Part shown: positions 9,830 through 20,093 of the stretch, in pieces
How the letters are laid out: each line of letters opens with the position of its first letter
Position numbering within the stretch: position 1 is the stretch's first letter
Source of the DNA: Christensenella sp. UBA1685
GTDB taxonomy: Bacteria > Bacillota > Clostridia > Christensenellales > CAG-138
Direction: 5' to 3'
Length of the DNA stretch: 64,000 bases
Assembly: GCA_002320595.1 (NCBI GenBank)
Contig: DCKB01000021.1
Span: 36,508 to 100,507, forward strand
Notes under the pieces: model-generated
The model's input: only the letters and a program-made list of their open reading frames with translations
Told to the model about the DNA's origin: nothing
Databases searched by the model: none
Made by a program: the position numbers and the translations under genes

Positions 9830-10781
9830 AGGCTTTCGCCTGCTCCAAATATCCTGCATATTCACTTTCGGTACACAGAATGCTATGCCCTTCTTCTACC
9901 GGCCGCATCTGCAGCTTCTCGGCCGCATCATAGTGATAAAGAGAAGGGTCATAGCTGATACGCACCCTCCGCTTTTCTCCATGCGGGTTGGGCAGCGGGA
10001 TAGAGGAAATCAGAGACTTCGTATACGGATGTAACGGGTTGCGGTACACCTTATCCGCTTCACCCATTTCCACGATTCTGCCCCGATACATAACGCCGAT
10101 CGTATCGGAGAAGTACTTGACCACAGAAAGATCATGGGCGATAAAGAGGATGGTTAGCCCCATCTCTTTTTTCAGGTCGTTCAACACATTGATTACCTGG
10201 GCCTGAATGGATACGTCCAAGGCGGAAATAGGCTCATCGGCAATGACCATGGTAGGCTTTACGATCAAGGCTCGGGCAATGCCGATGCGTTGGCGTTGGC
10301 CGCCGGAAAACTCATGAGGATAGCGGGTTGCATGCTCTGGCAGCAGGCCGACGCGATAGAGGGATTCTTCCACCATCCTCTGCACCGCCGCTTCATCCTT
10401 AATCCCCTTAATCTTCAGGCCCTCTGCAATGATTTCCTGCACTGTCATGCGGGGATTCAAAGACGCAATAGGGTCTTGAAATACCATGGCAATATTGCTT
10501 GTTAGGAACTTTTGCAGTTCCCCATCCTTTTTTCCGGAAATCGTTTTTCCGTTAAATACCACTTCTCCCGAGGTGGGGTTGTACAGCCGGATGATGGTAC
10601 GGCCCAAGGTAGTTTTTCCGCAGCCGGATTCACCCACCAAGCCAAAAGTTTCTCCCTTTTTAACCTGAAAGCTGACTCCGTTAACAGCCTTAACCGTTAC
10701 CTTGTTTTTGCCGTAGCCTGAAGTAAAGTGCGTATGCAAATCCTTTACATCCAGAAGGATATCATGCTCATTGTTGTTCAT
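9822..10781 (-). CDS. Opp-type ABC transporter ATP-binding protein (OppF-like)
   Basis: Walker [10 protein letters not shown], signature FSGGQRQR, Walker B ADEPISALD. The ATG at 10781 follows GAGGAGGA; the track ORF extends to 10799. Confidence 0.9.
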   Translation of the reverse strand: MNNNEHDILLDVKDLHTHFTSGYGKNKVTVKAVNGVSFQVKKGETFGLVGESGCGKTTLGRTIIRLYNPTSGEVVFNGKTISGKKDGELQKFLTSNIAMVFQDPIASLNPRMTVQEIIAEGLKIKGIKDEAAVQRMVEESLYRVGLLPEHATRYPHEFSGGQRQRIGIARALIVKPTMVIADEPISALDVSIQAQVINVLNDLKKEMGLTILFIAHDLSVVKYFSDTIGVMYRGRIVEMGEADKVYRNPLHPYTKSLISSIPLPNPHGEKRRVRISYDPSLYHYDAAEKLQMRPVEEGHSILCTESEYAGYLEQAKAFS

Positions 10782-11823
10782 ACTTCTTATCCTCCTCAAT
10801 CATGCGCTCAATGCGTTTGCGCAGTTCTTGGGGCATTTCCACTTTAGGCGCATAGGGATGCAAAAGCCACGTTGCAGCATAGTGTGTATCCGAGAGCCTG
10901 AAGAAAGGGGGTTCTTCCTTAAAGTCGATATCCAGCGCGTACAGGTTTCGAGGCGCAAACGCATCACCTTTGGGAGGCATAAGCATGTTGGGCGGCGCAC
11001 CCGGGATTGAAAAAAGCCTCTCCCTGCTCTCGCTGTCAGGCATTGCAGACAGCAAAGCCCAGGTATACGGATGGGCGGGATGATAAAAGATGTCATCGCT
11101 AGTGCCAAATTCCACGATCTTACCAGCGTACATAACGCAGATTCTATCCGCCATGTTCGCCACCACACCCATGTTATGCGTAATGAAGATAACGGAAAGA
11201 TCTCGCTGTTTTTTCAGGGTTTTAATAAGATCCAGAATCTTGGATTGGATCGTCACATCCAGCGCTGTGGTGGGCTCGTCGCAAATCAAAATCTCCGGGT
11301 TGCAGGCCAATGCAATAACGATAACGATGCGTTGACGCATACCGCCGGAAAACTGAAAAGGATACTGGTTAAACCGCTTTTCAGGCTCCGGAATGCCCAC
11401 AGCACCCATAAGCTCGATGGCACTTTTCCTGGCCTCCTCGTGGCTTAAATTCTGGTGGATGCGCAAAGTTTCCGTAATCTGCTTTCCCACCTTCATAATG
11501 GGGTTCAGGGCAGAAAGCGGATCCTGGAACACCATGGCGATGCGCTTGCCGCGGATCTGGCAGAACTGTTTCTCCGTCAGCTTGGTCAGATCCATGCCGT
11601 CATACAGGATTTCTCCCCGCTCAATGACTGCATTTTTAGAAAGAATCCCCATGATGGCTTTATTGGTAACAGACTTCCCGGAACCCGACTCGCCAACAAT
11701 GCAAAGCGTCTCCCCCTTGTTCAGATCAAAGTTGACACCTCTGACTGCCTGCACCTTTCCCGCAAAAGCATTAAAGCTCACAGTCAAGTCTTTCACTTGA
11801 AGAATAGGATTTTGCTCTTTCAT
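10768..11823 (-). CDS. Opp-type ABC transporter ATP-binding protein (OppD-like)
   Basis: Walker A GESGSGKS, signature FSGGMRQR. The start MKEQNPILQV at 11823 follows AAGGAGG; the track ORF start at 11859 would overlap the permease gene. Confidence 0.9.
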   Translation of the reverse strand: MKEQNPILQVKDLTVSFNAFAGKVQAVRGVNFDLNKGETLCIVGESGSGKSVTNKAIMGILSKNAVIERGEILYDGMDLTKLTEKQFCQIRGKRIAMVFQDPLSALNPIMKVGKQITETLRIHQNLSHEEARKSAIELMGAVGIPEPEKRFNQYPFQFSGGMRQRIVIVIALACNPEILICDEPTTALDVTIQSKILDLIKTLKKQRDLSVIFITHNMGVVANMADRICVMYAGKIVEFGTSDDIFYHPAHPYTWALLSAMPDSESRERLFSIPGAPPNMLMPPKGDAFAPRNLYALDIDFKEEPPFFRLSDTHYAATWLLHPYAPKVEMPQELRKRIERMIEEDKKYEQQ

Positions 11824-11833
11824 ACAAACCTCC

Positions 11834-12979
11834 TTAGGTGCCGCGCTGCGTGGGATCAAAGGCGTCTCTCAACCCGTTGCCGAAAAGGTTAAAGGAAATC
11901 ATCAGCACGGAGATGAGCGCTGCCGGGAAAACCGTTTGATAGGGATACTGCAGCAAAACTGTCTGCGCATGGCTTAAGAGAACGCCCAGGGAAGCTTCCG
12001 GCGCCCGAATCCCCAATCCGATATACGCCAAAAAGCTTTCGGCGAAGATTGCGCTGGGGATAGCGATCATCGTTCTGGTCACAATGGGGCCGATTGCATT
12101 GGGAAGGATGTGGCGGAAAATCAGCGTGCGGTCCTTTGTGCCCAAAGTGCGGGCCGCCAGCACGTATTCGCTATCCTTAAAACGGTAAAACTGAGCGCGG
12201 ATCAACGTAGCGGTTCCCACCCAGTCCCGCACAACAAGCGCCATGATGATAGCGAACAGGCCGTTGCCGAAATACATAATGAACAACGTCATCACAACGA
12301 TGTTTGGAAACGCCTGAATGATCTCTGCAATGCGCATCATGACCATATCCACCATGCCGCCATAGTAGCCGGCAATGGAACCATAGATTACGCCAAAGCC
12401 CACGTTTGTCAGAACCGCAGCAAATGCGATAATCAAGGATATGCGGCATCCGCGCCACACGCGTGTCCAAAGATCGCGCCCAAGATAGTCCGTACCAAAC
12501 CAGAAATAATCATCCCCATAGCCGGAATAAATATAGGTGTCTATGCGGACATCGCACATTTTTACACCGTTGACAACCGACTCATTGGTAATCTCCAATA
12601 TGCACCCTTCGGGATATTTCTCGGTGTCCGTCAGGTTGTCCTTCCGGCGGTTTTTCAGCACAGTTGAGCCATTCAGCAGGTTGATTTTCTCACAGCCCGG
12701 AATGCGGGCAGGCAGGTTCGCTCGGTTCAAATCCTGATCGTTGTACCCATACTCATTCATCATTGGCCCCAGGATTGAGAAAAAAGCAATGATGCAAATG
12801 ATTATAAAGGCAATGATGGATGCCGTATTTTTGCCGAACCGCAACATGGCATCCTTAAAGAAGCCAACGGACTTTGTCTCAAATTTTGCATCATGGATGG
12901 CATCATCCCGCTCATGGAGCTTAAAATCTTCCTTTTGCAGAGAGGAATACTCCGGGGCTGCATGTTCAAAAGTCCTCAT
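11834..12979 (-). CDS. Opp-type ABC transporter permease (OppC-like)
   Basis: 381 aa, multi-pass, BPD_transp_1-type EAA loop region (ARTLGTKDRTLIFRHILPN). Confidence 0.9.
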   Translation of the reverse strand: MRTFEHAAPEYSSLQKEDFKLHERDDAIHDAKFETKSVGFFKDAMLRFGKNTASIIAFIIICIIAFFSILGPMMNEYGYNDQDLNRANLPARIPGCEKINLLNGSTVLKNRRKDNLTDTEKYPEGCILEITNESVVNGVKMCDVRIDTYIYSGYGDDYFWFGTDYLGRDLWTRVWRGCRISLIIAFAAVLTNVGFGVIYGSIAGYYGGMVDMVMMRIAEIIQAFPNIVVMTLFIMYFGNGLFAIIMALVVRDWVGTATLIRAQFYRFKDSEYVLAARTLGTKDRTLIFRHILPNAIGPIVTRTMIAIPSAIFAESFLAYIGLGIRAPEASLGVLLSHAQTVLLQYPYQTVFPAALISVLMISFNLFGNGLRDAFDPTQRGT

Positions 12980-13926
12980 TGTTTCTTTCCTCCCATACGG
13001 ACTCTGGGGTCGATCACTGCATAGAGCAAATCAACGATCAGCACAGTCATCAAGGACACCAACGAGTAGATCAGCAAAATAGCGATGGTCAGATAGTGGT
13101 CGTTGGCGTTAATGGATTTTATCATAAGGCTACCCATTCCGGGGATAGCAAAAATGTTTTCTACAACAAGGGAACCGCCAAGCACATTTGCAAACATGGG
13201 CACAATGATGTTGAGCACCGGGATGCAGGAATTCCGGATAGCATGGCGGAAAATGGCCTTGGGCCGGGTAAAGCCCTTGGTTCTGGCCAACAGGATATAC
13301 TCTGAATTAAGGGACTCGATCAGTTCTGCCCTCATATATCTGGCTACCTTTGCCATGGGATCCAGGGCAAGAGAAAGCGTAGGCAGAAAAAGGGAAAGAT
13401 ACTTAACAGCTGCTACATCCGACACGGTGTAAGTAATGGGAAACCAGCCAAACTTATAGCCTGCAAAGTATTGCAGCAGCGTGGCATAGATAAAGGAAGG
13501 GATCGAAATAAACAGAATGACGAAAAGAGAGATCCCGTGGTCTGTTAATGTGTTTTTTCGAATCGCCGCAATAGCGCCGAAAATCAGGCCTATGGGAATG
13601 GAAGCAAGCAAAGATACCACGTTGATAAACAAAGTCAGTGGCACCTTCCCTCCCAGCACTTGAAATACCGGCACGTTGGGCTGGATTTTCATGGAGATGC
13701 CCCAATCGCCCTTAAACAGCACGTTTTTCATAAAAATACCGTACTGTTCAATGAGCGGCCTGTCCAGATGGTATTTCGCCTGGATCATGTCCAGGACCTC
13801 CGCTGATATGGTGGGATCATCGTAAATGGAGGTGGGCATAAGGCGGATAACCAAAAATGCTACGGTCACAATAATGAATAAAGTGAGGAGCATGGCTAAA
13901 AGTCTTTGCAGCACATAACGAGCCAT
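12976..13926 (-). CDS. Opp-type ABC transporter permease (OppB-like)
   Basis: 316 aa. ARTKGFTRPKAIFRHAIRN loop. 4-nt overlap with the next gene. Confidence 0.9.
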   Translation of the reverse strand: MARYVLQRLLAMLLTLFIIVTVAFLVIRLMPTSIYDDPTISAEVLDMIQAKYHLDRPLIEQYGIFMKNVLFKGDWGISMKIQPNVPVFQVLGGKVPLTLFINVVSLLASIPIGLIFGAIAAIRKNTLTDHGISLFVILFISIPSFIYATLLQYFAGYKFGWFPITYTVSDVAAVKYLSLFLPTLSLALDPMAKVARYMRAELIESLNSEYILLARTKGFTRPKAIFRHAIRNSCIPVLNIIVPMFANVLGGSLVVENIFAIPGMGSLMIKSINANDHYLTIAILLIYSLVSLMTVLIVDLLYAVIDPRVRMGGKKQ

Positions 13927-14015
13927 GGCAGAGGGCTCCTTTCATAGGATGGGCGGATGTTGCGCAGGGCTCCCCCCTTTCAAGAAGAGAGGGCCCCGCG
14001 CTTCAGGGAAACAGA

Positions 14016-15860
14016 CTAGTCTGCGTCAGTCACGGAAGCATAGATCCAGCCGAAGCCAACGCGGTTTACCCATTGATCGGCAGCCAGCTGCACCCGGTCA
14101 GCCTTCAGAGTTTTATCAATGAGCTCGATCACGGGGATGCCGGACACGTTGTCCAGCCAAATGCTTTCCATTTCAGCTACATAATCCAATCTCTTCTCGT
14201 GGTCGAAGCGCTCTTCGCTGCTGTTGGCCAGAGTCCAAAGCTCGTCATAACGCTCGGAAGTGAAGGTGTCGTACCGGTTTGCCCAAGCGCTGCCGTATAC
14301 CTTCAGGCCGTTCCAAGGAGCCAGCTCGTTGGTGGACCAACCGGCAAAGCCCAGGTCAAAGGAGGTAGCGTCCGTCTTGGCGGCACGGATCTGCTCATTG
14401 GATTGGCTGGTGGGCAGACCATTGAGAATCAGTTCGAAGCGGTCGGCGCCGAAGATCGAGGGCCAGCTGCTCTGGAGTGTTTCAGCGATCGCGGTCATAT
14501 CAGCATCGTCATTCCTGTAGGTCAGTGTCAGAACGACTTTGTCCTGGCCGGCATCGGTTAAAGCCTGTTCAAAGAGCTTTACAGCCTGTTCAGGATCATA
14601 TCCGCAGTAATCATCGGGGATGGCGCTTCCCTGCTTGCTGTTGCGGTAAGATTCGCCGGTGGTGACATCCGCGATGAAACGGGTAGAGAGCAGGTAATTT
14701 GCAGGCTTAGCGTTCAGCAGCTTTGCAATGGACTCGCGATCCACAGCGAGGAACAACGCCTTACGGAAATTAACGTCGGAGAGGATGGGCGTGTCGGGAT
14801 TGTTCACGTTAACGGGCATATATTTCACATAGATGCTGGGGGAGTAGAGCACGCGGGGGTCTTCTTCATAATCCTTAAACTGGGACGAATTGAGCTCTAC
14901 ATAATCGAGTTCGCCGGCTTCAAACATCTGCAGCTGCGTTCCGCGGTCGGGAATGATCTTCATGACCAGATTCTCGATCTGGATTATTCCCTGATTGATG
15001 TAAGCAGGGTTTTTCTTAAAGCTGATTTCAGCGTCTCTTTCCCATGCATTGTAGGTGAAAGCGCCGGAGCAGACAACCTTGTCGATCTCAGTACCATAAG
15101 TGGTAGCGGTGCGATCGGCATTCATCAGAGCCTCATACATTTCCTCGTATACGGGAACGGTCCATGCATAAGCAAAGTGGCTCATAACTTCGGTGGCATC
15201 CTGTGCGATGGAGGTAGTTATCTCCAAAGTCATATCATCCACCTTCTTGATGCCGACATCTTCCCAAGTGGGGACAGCGCCGTCAACTTCGGTCTGCGTA
15301 TAATAAGCCTTTGCATTAAGGATCTTAATGTAATCTTCCGCGAATGCGCCGCCGCGGCCGTTGACCAGTTTGGGATCCAGCAGCATCTTGAAAGAATACA
15401 TAAAGGTATCAGCGTTGATGGCTTCACCGTTGGCCCAGCAAGCATCCGGGTTAACCTTGATCTGCCAGACGGTGCCGTCGTCGTTCATCTTCACGGGCTC
15501 TCCGTCAGCCAGACAAGCGCGCAGAGAAACGCCGGTTTTATCCTCATTGTAAAAGTAACCATACAGCGCAGCGCCGGTGTATTCAATGCAGCAGCTCTCG
15601 ATGTCAGAGGTGTACATGTGAGGGTTCAGCGTAGCGATAGACTCTGTGCGCGCAAAAGTCAAAGTTCCCTTACCGGTCTTTGAAACTTCTTCTCCTGCTT
15701 CGCTGGGGGCAGGCTCGGGAGCGTCAGTGGTCGTAGCAGGTGTCTCTGTCGGGGCAAAAGGGCTTTCTTCGGGCTCAACGGTCTGCTGTGCGCAGCCGGC
15801 CATAATGGCGGCGGACATTACAACAGCCAGAATCAGGGAGAGAATACGCTTGCTGTTCAT
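14016..15860 (-). CDS. family-5 substrate-binding lipoprotein of the adjacent Opp-type importer
   Basis: 614 aa. Signal peptide plus lipobox MAGC. Family-5 SBP-like body. AAGGAGG RBS. Confidence 0.9.
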   Translation of the reverse strand: MNSKRILSLILAVVMSAAIMAGCAQQTVEPEESPFAPTETPATTTDAPEPAPSEAGEEVSKTGKGTLTFARTESIATLNPHMYTSDIESCCIEYTGAALYGYFYNEDKTGVSLRACLADGEPVKMNDDGTVWQIKVNPDACWANGEAINADTFMYSFKMLLDPKLVNGRGGAFAEDYIKILNAKAYYTQTEVDGAVPTWEDVGIKKVDDMTLEITTSIAQDATEVMSHFAYAWTVPVYEEMYEALMNADRTATTYGTEIDKVVCSGAFTYNAWERDAEISFKKNPAYINQGIIQIENLVMKIIPDRGTQLQMFEAGELDYVELNSSQFKDYEEDPRVLYSPSIYVKYMPVNVNNPDTPILSDVNFRKALFLAVDRESIAKLLNAKPANYLLSTRFIADVTTGESYRNSKQGSAIPDDYCGYDPEQAVKLFEQALTDAGQDKVVLTLTYRNDDADMTAIAETLQSSWPSIFGADRFELILNGLPTSQSNEQIRAAKTDATSFDLGFAGWSTNELAPWNGLKVYGSAWANRYDTFTSERYDELWTLANSSEERFDHEKRLDYVAEMESIWLDNVSGIPVIELIDKTLKADRVQLAADQWVNRVGFGWIYASVTDAD

Positions 15861-15872
15861 GTTTAATCCTCC

Positions 15873-16667
15873 TTATTTAAATAACTTTTCTGGGGTGGGT
15901 TGGTATGCGATGATCTTATCCACAAGGCGTTCCAAATAATCGAGCACCTCATTGGTCATTGCTTCGCCGATTTCAGCAGTGGCCTTACGGGCATCGCCCA
16001 ATGCGCCATTTAACGTCACATCGTGCTTCCAGTTCCAAACGCCCTGACCGCCGCCCGGCACGAATGCAGTTCGGTCGGTGAAAATGCTGGTCTGGTTGAT
16101 TCCCTTTTCTCTCTTTTCCCGCACGATGTCCGGCCGCAGATACATGCATTGCGCCGTCTCCATCTCGCATGCATGGCCGAAGTTGCCGGGCTGAATGCCA
16201 GGGAAGTACTTCTGGATGCCACCTTCCAACAGCTCGGATCCAACCGGAGTCCAAAACGCTGTAACATCATGTTCCTGCTTCAAAATCTGCACAGCAGACA
16301 TCAGGCATGGCTTGTTTCCCCCGTGGGCGTTTACAAATAAAACCTTATCAATGCCATAATGGACAGCGGAAAGCGCTGTATCAACCAACACGGCAGTCAA
16401 GGTGCTCACGCGCAGGGTCGCAGAGCAAGGGAAATCCATGTGGTGCGAAGAGATGCCATAGGTGATAGGCGGGAAGCAAATCACTTTATGGCCGCAGCGG
16501 CCAGCCAAAAGCTTGGCAATCCGATAGGCCCTTACGGTATCGGTCACAAATGTGGTGTTGGGTCCATGTTGTTCACAGGAACCTACCGGGATAAGAGCTA
16601 CCTTGATCTCAGGCAGCACTTCAGCCACTTCCGGCCAAATCATGTCCTCCAGAATCAGACGGTCCAT
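15873..16667 (-). CDS. creatininase-family amidohydrolase
   Basis: 264 aa. LIPVGSCEQHGPNTTFVTD and VNAHGGN motifs are typical of the creatinine amidohydrolase family. AAGGAGG RBS. Confidence 0.8.
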   Translation of the reverse strand: MDRLILEDMIWPEVAEVLPEIKVALIPVGSCEQHGPNTTFVTDTVRAYRIAKLLAGRCGHKVICFPPITYGISSHHMDFPCSATLRVSTLTAVLVDTALSAVHYGIDKVLFVNAHGGNKPCLMSAVQILKQEHDVTAFWTPVGSELLEGGIQKYFPGIQPGNFGHACEMETAQCMYLRPDIVREKREKGINQTSIFTDRTAFVPGGGQGVWNWKHDVTLNGALGDARKATAEIGEAMTNEVLDYLERLVDKIIAYQPTPEKLFK

Positions 16668-16684
16668 TTTTTAATTCCTCCTTT

Positions 16685-17815
16685 TCAGTGCCAATGGGGT
16701 TTGTCCCAGATCTTCAGCTTTTGTCCCAACCCTTTTTCAAGGGCATTGTTGTAAAGGTCATAGCCCCAGGCTACGTCTTCGATGGGGAGTCCCCCTACAA
16801 CAAGCAACAGTTTATCTTCCTCGTTTTTGCGAGGCAAAGCAGTTCCAGCAACAACTTCTCCAAGGCTTACAATGTTATCCTCTTTCAAAAGGCCCTGCTC
16901 ATACAGCATCAGCATGTCATACGAAGAGGCCCAATCCCGGATGCCTTCTATGCCTTGGTAGCACATCTTACCTTCTTCGAGATAGTCCAAATGCATCTGC
17001 CAGTTGTCTACGGCTACCCGGTTCTTCAGATACATTTCCTTGGGCAGATCAGCAGTGCCGGTAATGGTCAGCAGCGCGCCAGGTTTCAGCATTTCAGGCG
17101 TGATATGCACTTTCACCTTTCCGGCAGTAGCTACACTGATCACATCTGCATTCTTCAGTACATCTTCCAATGTGTCGCAAACCACATACTCTGCGTTCAA
17201 TTCCTTCTCCATATCCTGTTGGAAAGACAGTGCCCTATCCCGGTTGATGTCATACAGGTACACCTTGCTGACCCGTCCCATGCCCTCAGCAATGGCCATG
17301 ATGCAAGCATGGTTAATAACGCCGCATCCAATCACGGCAATATTCTCAGCTGTTGCACTCTTAAGGTACTTGGCTGCAACCCCAGGCACAGCCCCGGTCC
17401 GGGCAGCGGAGAGCAAATTTGCAGACATAATCGCCATAGGCGCGCCGGTGTCCGCATCGTTCAGGGAGAACATCAGGATGGAGCGGGGCAAACCCTTTTT
17501 GATGTTTTCAACATTAGAACCATACCATTTCTGTCCGGTCACATGAAAGCGTCCGCCCAAATAAGCGGGCATAACCATATAGCGGCGATCCGGCCCAGCT
17601 TTGGGCATACCTTCAAACGCCGGCTCATCCGGATACCAAAGCATAATTCCATGGGAGTCTCTTTTCGGCCCTCCCATGATGTAATCGCCTTTTCCTGCCA
17701 AACGGAACATGTCCTCGATGGTCTTGACGCACTGCTTCATATCCAGTACGCCGGCTTCCAGCATATCCGGTTCGGACAGATACAGGAACTGTAATCCTTC
17801 TTCTTCCATTTTCAT
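16685..17815 (-). CDS. ornithine cyclodeaminase / mu-crystallin-family NAD(P)-dependent enzyme
   Basis: The start ATG at 17815 overlaps the kinase stop (ATGA). LSAARTGAVPGVAAKYL and the Rossmann segment IAVIGCGVINHA fit the OCD_Mu_crystall family. Confidence 0.75.
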   Translation of the reverse strand: MKMEEEGLQFLYLSEPDMLEAGVLDMKQCVKTIEDMFRLAGKGDYIMGGPKRDSHGIMLWYPDEPAFEGMPKAGPDRRYMVMPAYLGGRFHVTGQKWYGSNVENIKKGLPRSILMFSLNDADTGAPMAIMSANLLSAARTGAVPGVAAKYLKSATAENIAVIGCGVINHACIMAIAEGMGRVSKVYLYDINRDRALSFQQDMEKELNAEYVVCDTLEDVLKNADVISVATAGKVKVHITPEMLKPGALLTITGTADLPKEMYLKNRVAVDNWQMHLDYLEEGKMCYQGIEGIRDWASSYDMLMLYEQGLLKEDNIVSLGEVVAGTALPRKNEEDKLLLVVGGLPIEDVAWGYDLYNNALEKGLGQKLKIWDKPHWH

Positions 17816-19350
17816 TGTTCCTTTCCGGGTATTACACCCCAATCTGTTAATTTCTTGTTTACGCTTTTAAGGGAATGATAGGCATCTTCCAGGATAGACC
17901 GAAGTGCAGCATATTTTTCTCCCAATTCCGGGGCAGGCTCGCTGACGGTTTCTACCTTGTGAAAGCTCTTTACAACGGATATGTCGGGAAACAGCCCCGC
18001 GCCTACGCCTGCTAAAACAGCGGTTCCCAAACTGCCTGCGTTCAGATCCACATTGGTCTTTACGATAGGTTTCTGGAACACATCTGCCAAGATCTGTTGC
18101 CAAACTAAGCTCTTTGCTCCCCCGCCCACTATACGAACGGAATCCACCTTATCGAGCTTTTCGATCCGCTCCAGAATAATTCCCAAGTGAAGCGCTACAC
18201 CTTCCATTATGCTGCGGCTTAAATCCGCTTTCGTGTGCGTGGCCTTTAATCCCAGGAATGCGCCTTTCACTTCCGTATCAAACCAAGGGGCGCGTTCCCC
18301 TAATATGTAAGGCATGTACAGGAGGCCGTTGGCGCCGGGAGATGAGGCCCGGATCTGCCTTTCCACCTCCGCGTATGGCGCTTTTGCCTCATTTTCTGTG
18401 GAATCGTTTCCCCAGAGGTTCTTGACGTACCAATCGTAGCTCAACCCGCCTGCCTGCATGGTGCCGCCGTTGATATAGTAGCCTTTCTTTAAGGATAGCC
18501 CTTTGTACAGCCCACTGTCCGGCTCCATATTCAGCTTGTCGGTTGCTGCCGAAAGCCAGCTGGAGGTTCCAAGGCAAACGTAAGCTTCTCCTTTTTCAAG
18601 GATACCCGCCCCCAGCATTGCTGCCCGTCCGTCCCCGGCCCCCTGCACGACAAGCGTACCGGAGGAAAGCCCGCACTGGCTGGCGGCAGTGCTAAGAACA
18701 CCGCCAATAGGAGTCCCTGCCCAAACCACATCCGGAAGCTTTTCGCGCGGCAGCCCTACTGCACGCAGAAGCGTATCGGACCACTGGCCGTGAAAAATGT
18801 CATAAAGGTGCGTATGGCCTGCATCTGAGGCATCTGTCAAATAGCGGCCGGTCAGGCGAAAGTTGATATAATCTTTTGGTTGTAAATACTTGTGCGCCGC
18901 CTCAAATACATGGGGCTCGTGCTTCTTCAGATACAGTATTTTGGGAGCTGTATAATTCGCGCTGGGATTGTTTCCTGTAATGGAATAGAACTCCCTTTCT
19001 CCCACCTTGGAAGCGATATATCCATATTCTTCCTTAGCTCTTCCATCCGCCCAGATCATGCAGCGCCTGAGAGGCTTGCCTTCCTTGTCCACAGGCAGGC
19101 AAGCCATCATCTGGCCGGATACGGCTACCGCTGCCACTTTCTTTGGATCACGTCCTTGCAGCAATATCCGGTTATTCGTGCAGAAGGCCTGCCACCAATC
19201 CTCCGCATCCTGCTCGGCGCAGAGACCGCCCTGCGCATAATGCACGGGGTAGCTTTGCTCGCTATGGGCTACCAGTTCCCCATTCAAAGCGTACAGTGTT
19301 GCCTTATCAGAGGAAGTTCCCAGATCGTGAGTCAATAAGAACTTGGCCAT
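17812..19350 (-). CDS. FGGY-family carbohydrate kinase (xylulokinase/gluconokinase-like)
   Basis: The start MAKFLLTHDLGTSSDKATLY at 19350 follows GGAGG. N- and C-terminal FGGY domains, with GGGAKS near the C-terminus. Confidence 0.85.
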   Translation of the reverse strand: MAKFLLTHDLGTSSDKATLYALNGELVAHSEQSYPVHYAQGGLCAEQDAEDWWQAFCTNNRILLQGRDPKKVAAVAVSGQMMACLPVDKEGKPLRRCMIWADGRAKEEYGYIASKVGEREFYSITGNNPSANYTAPKILYLKKHEPHVFEAAHKYLQPKDYINFRLTGRYLTDASDAGHTHLYDIFHGQWSDTLLRAVGLPREKLPDVVWAGTPIGGVLSTAASQCGLSSGTLVVQGAGDGRAAMLGAGILEKGEAYVCLGTSSWLSAATDKLNMEPDSGLYKGLSLKKGYYINGGTMQAGGLSYDWYVKNLWGNDSTENEAKAPYAEVERQIRASSPGANGLLYMPYILGERAPWFDTEVKGAFLGLKATHTKADLSRSIMEGVALHLGIILERIEKLDKVDSVRIVGGGAKSLVWQQILADVFQKPIVKTNVDLNAGSLGTAVLAGVGAGLFPDISVVKSFHKVETVSEPAPELGEKYAALRSILEDAYHSLKSVNKKLTDWGVIPGKEQ

Positions 19351-19370
19351 GGATGCCTCCATCGGGTTAC

Positions 19371-20045
19371 TTACTTTGCGTTTGCTTCCTCAATGATCTT
19401 AACTGCGCTCTCCAGGCCAACGCCGAAGCGTTCTACCCCCAGGTCGAGCATCCTTTCCACAGTCTCAACGGTGCGGATGCCGCCGGCAGCTTTGATTTTG
19501 GCCCTTCCTTTGCACGCCTGCGCCATAACTTCTACATGATGCAGCGTAGCCGGGCCAGCTTTGCCCGTGGAAGTCTTTACATAGTCCACACCGCCTTCAA
19601 TCAGCAGATCACATGCATGACGAATTTCGTCATCGTCCAGATAGCAGACTTCAAGAATGCATTTATACACTATATCGGGGCCAATAGCGTCCCGAACGGC
19701 TCTCACATCATGAACCACCATCTTGTCCAACCCGGACTTAAAAGCGCTTATATTCATAATGTTCTCAATTTCCTGAGCGCCGTGGGACAAATGCCATTTT
19801 GCGAAGTTGGCTTTGACTTCAGCCGGGTCTGCACCGGTTATGTTGCTGCACCCGGCCCCTACCAATACATCGGTTCCCTTAAGCCCCTCCACCATTTCAT
19901 CCAAGTAGCACCGCTGCCCGATTACGGAATAGAAATGATATTTTTTCGCAATCTCCACCATGTCCACCATCTCCTGATGGGTGGCTGTTGCGCCAGTTAA
20001 AGTTGCATCGCACATCCGTGCAAATTCAAGTCCACTGATCCCCAT
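19371..20045 (-). CDS. DeoC/LacD-family class I aldolase (deoxyribose-phosphate aldolase-like)
   Basis: 224 aa. Schiff-base lysine context VDYVKTSTGK and KIKAAGGIRT are typical of DeoC. GGAGG RBS. Confidence 0.8.
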   Translation of the reverse strand: MGISGLEFARMCDATLTGATATHQEMVDMVEIAKKYHFYSVIGQRCYLDEMVEGLKGTDVLVGAGCSNITGADPAEVKANFAKWHLSHGAQEIENIMNISAFKSGLDKMVVHDVRAVRDAIGPDIVYKCILEVCYLDDDEIRHACDLLIEGGVDYVKTSTGKAGPATLHHVEVMAQACKGRAKIKAAGGIRTVETVERMLDLGVERFGVGLESAVKIIEEANAK

Positions 20046-20093
20046 GATTTATCCTCCATGCTGGTAAAATTAATGAAAGAAAGGATTGAGGTC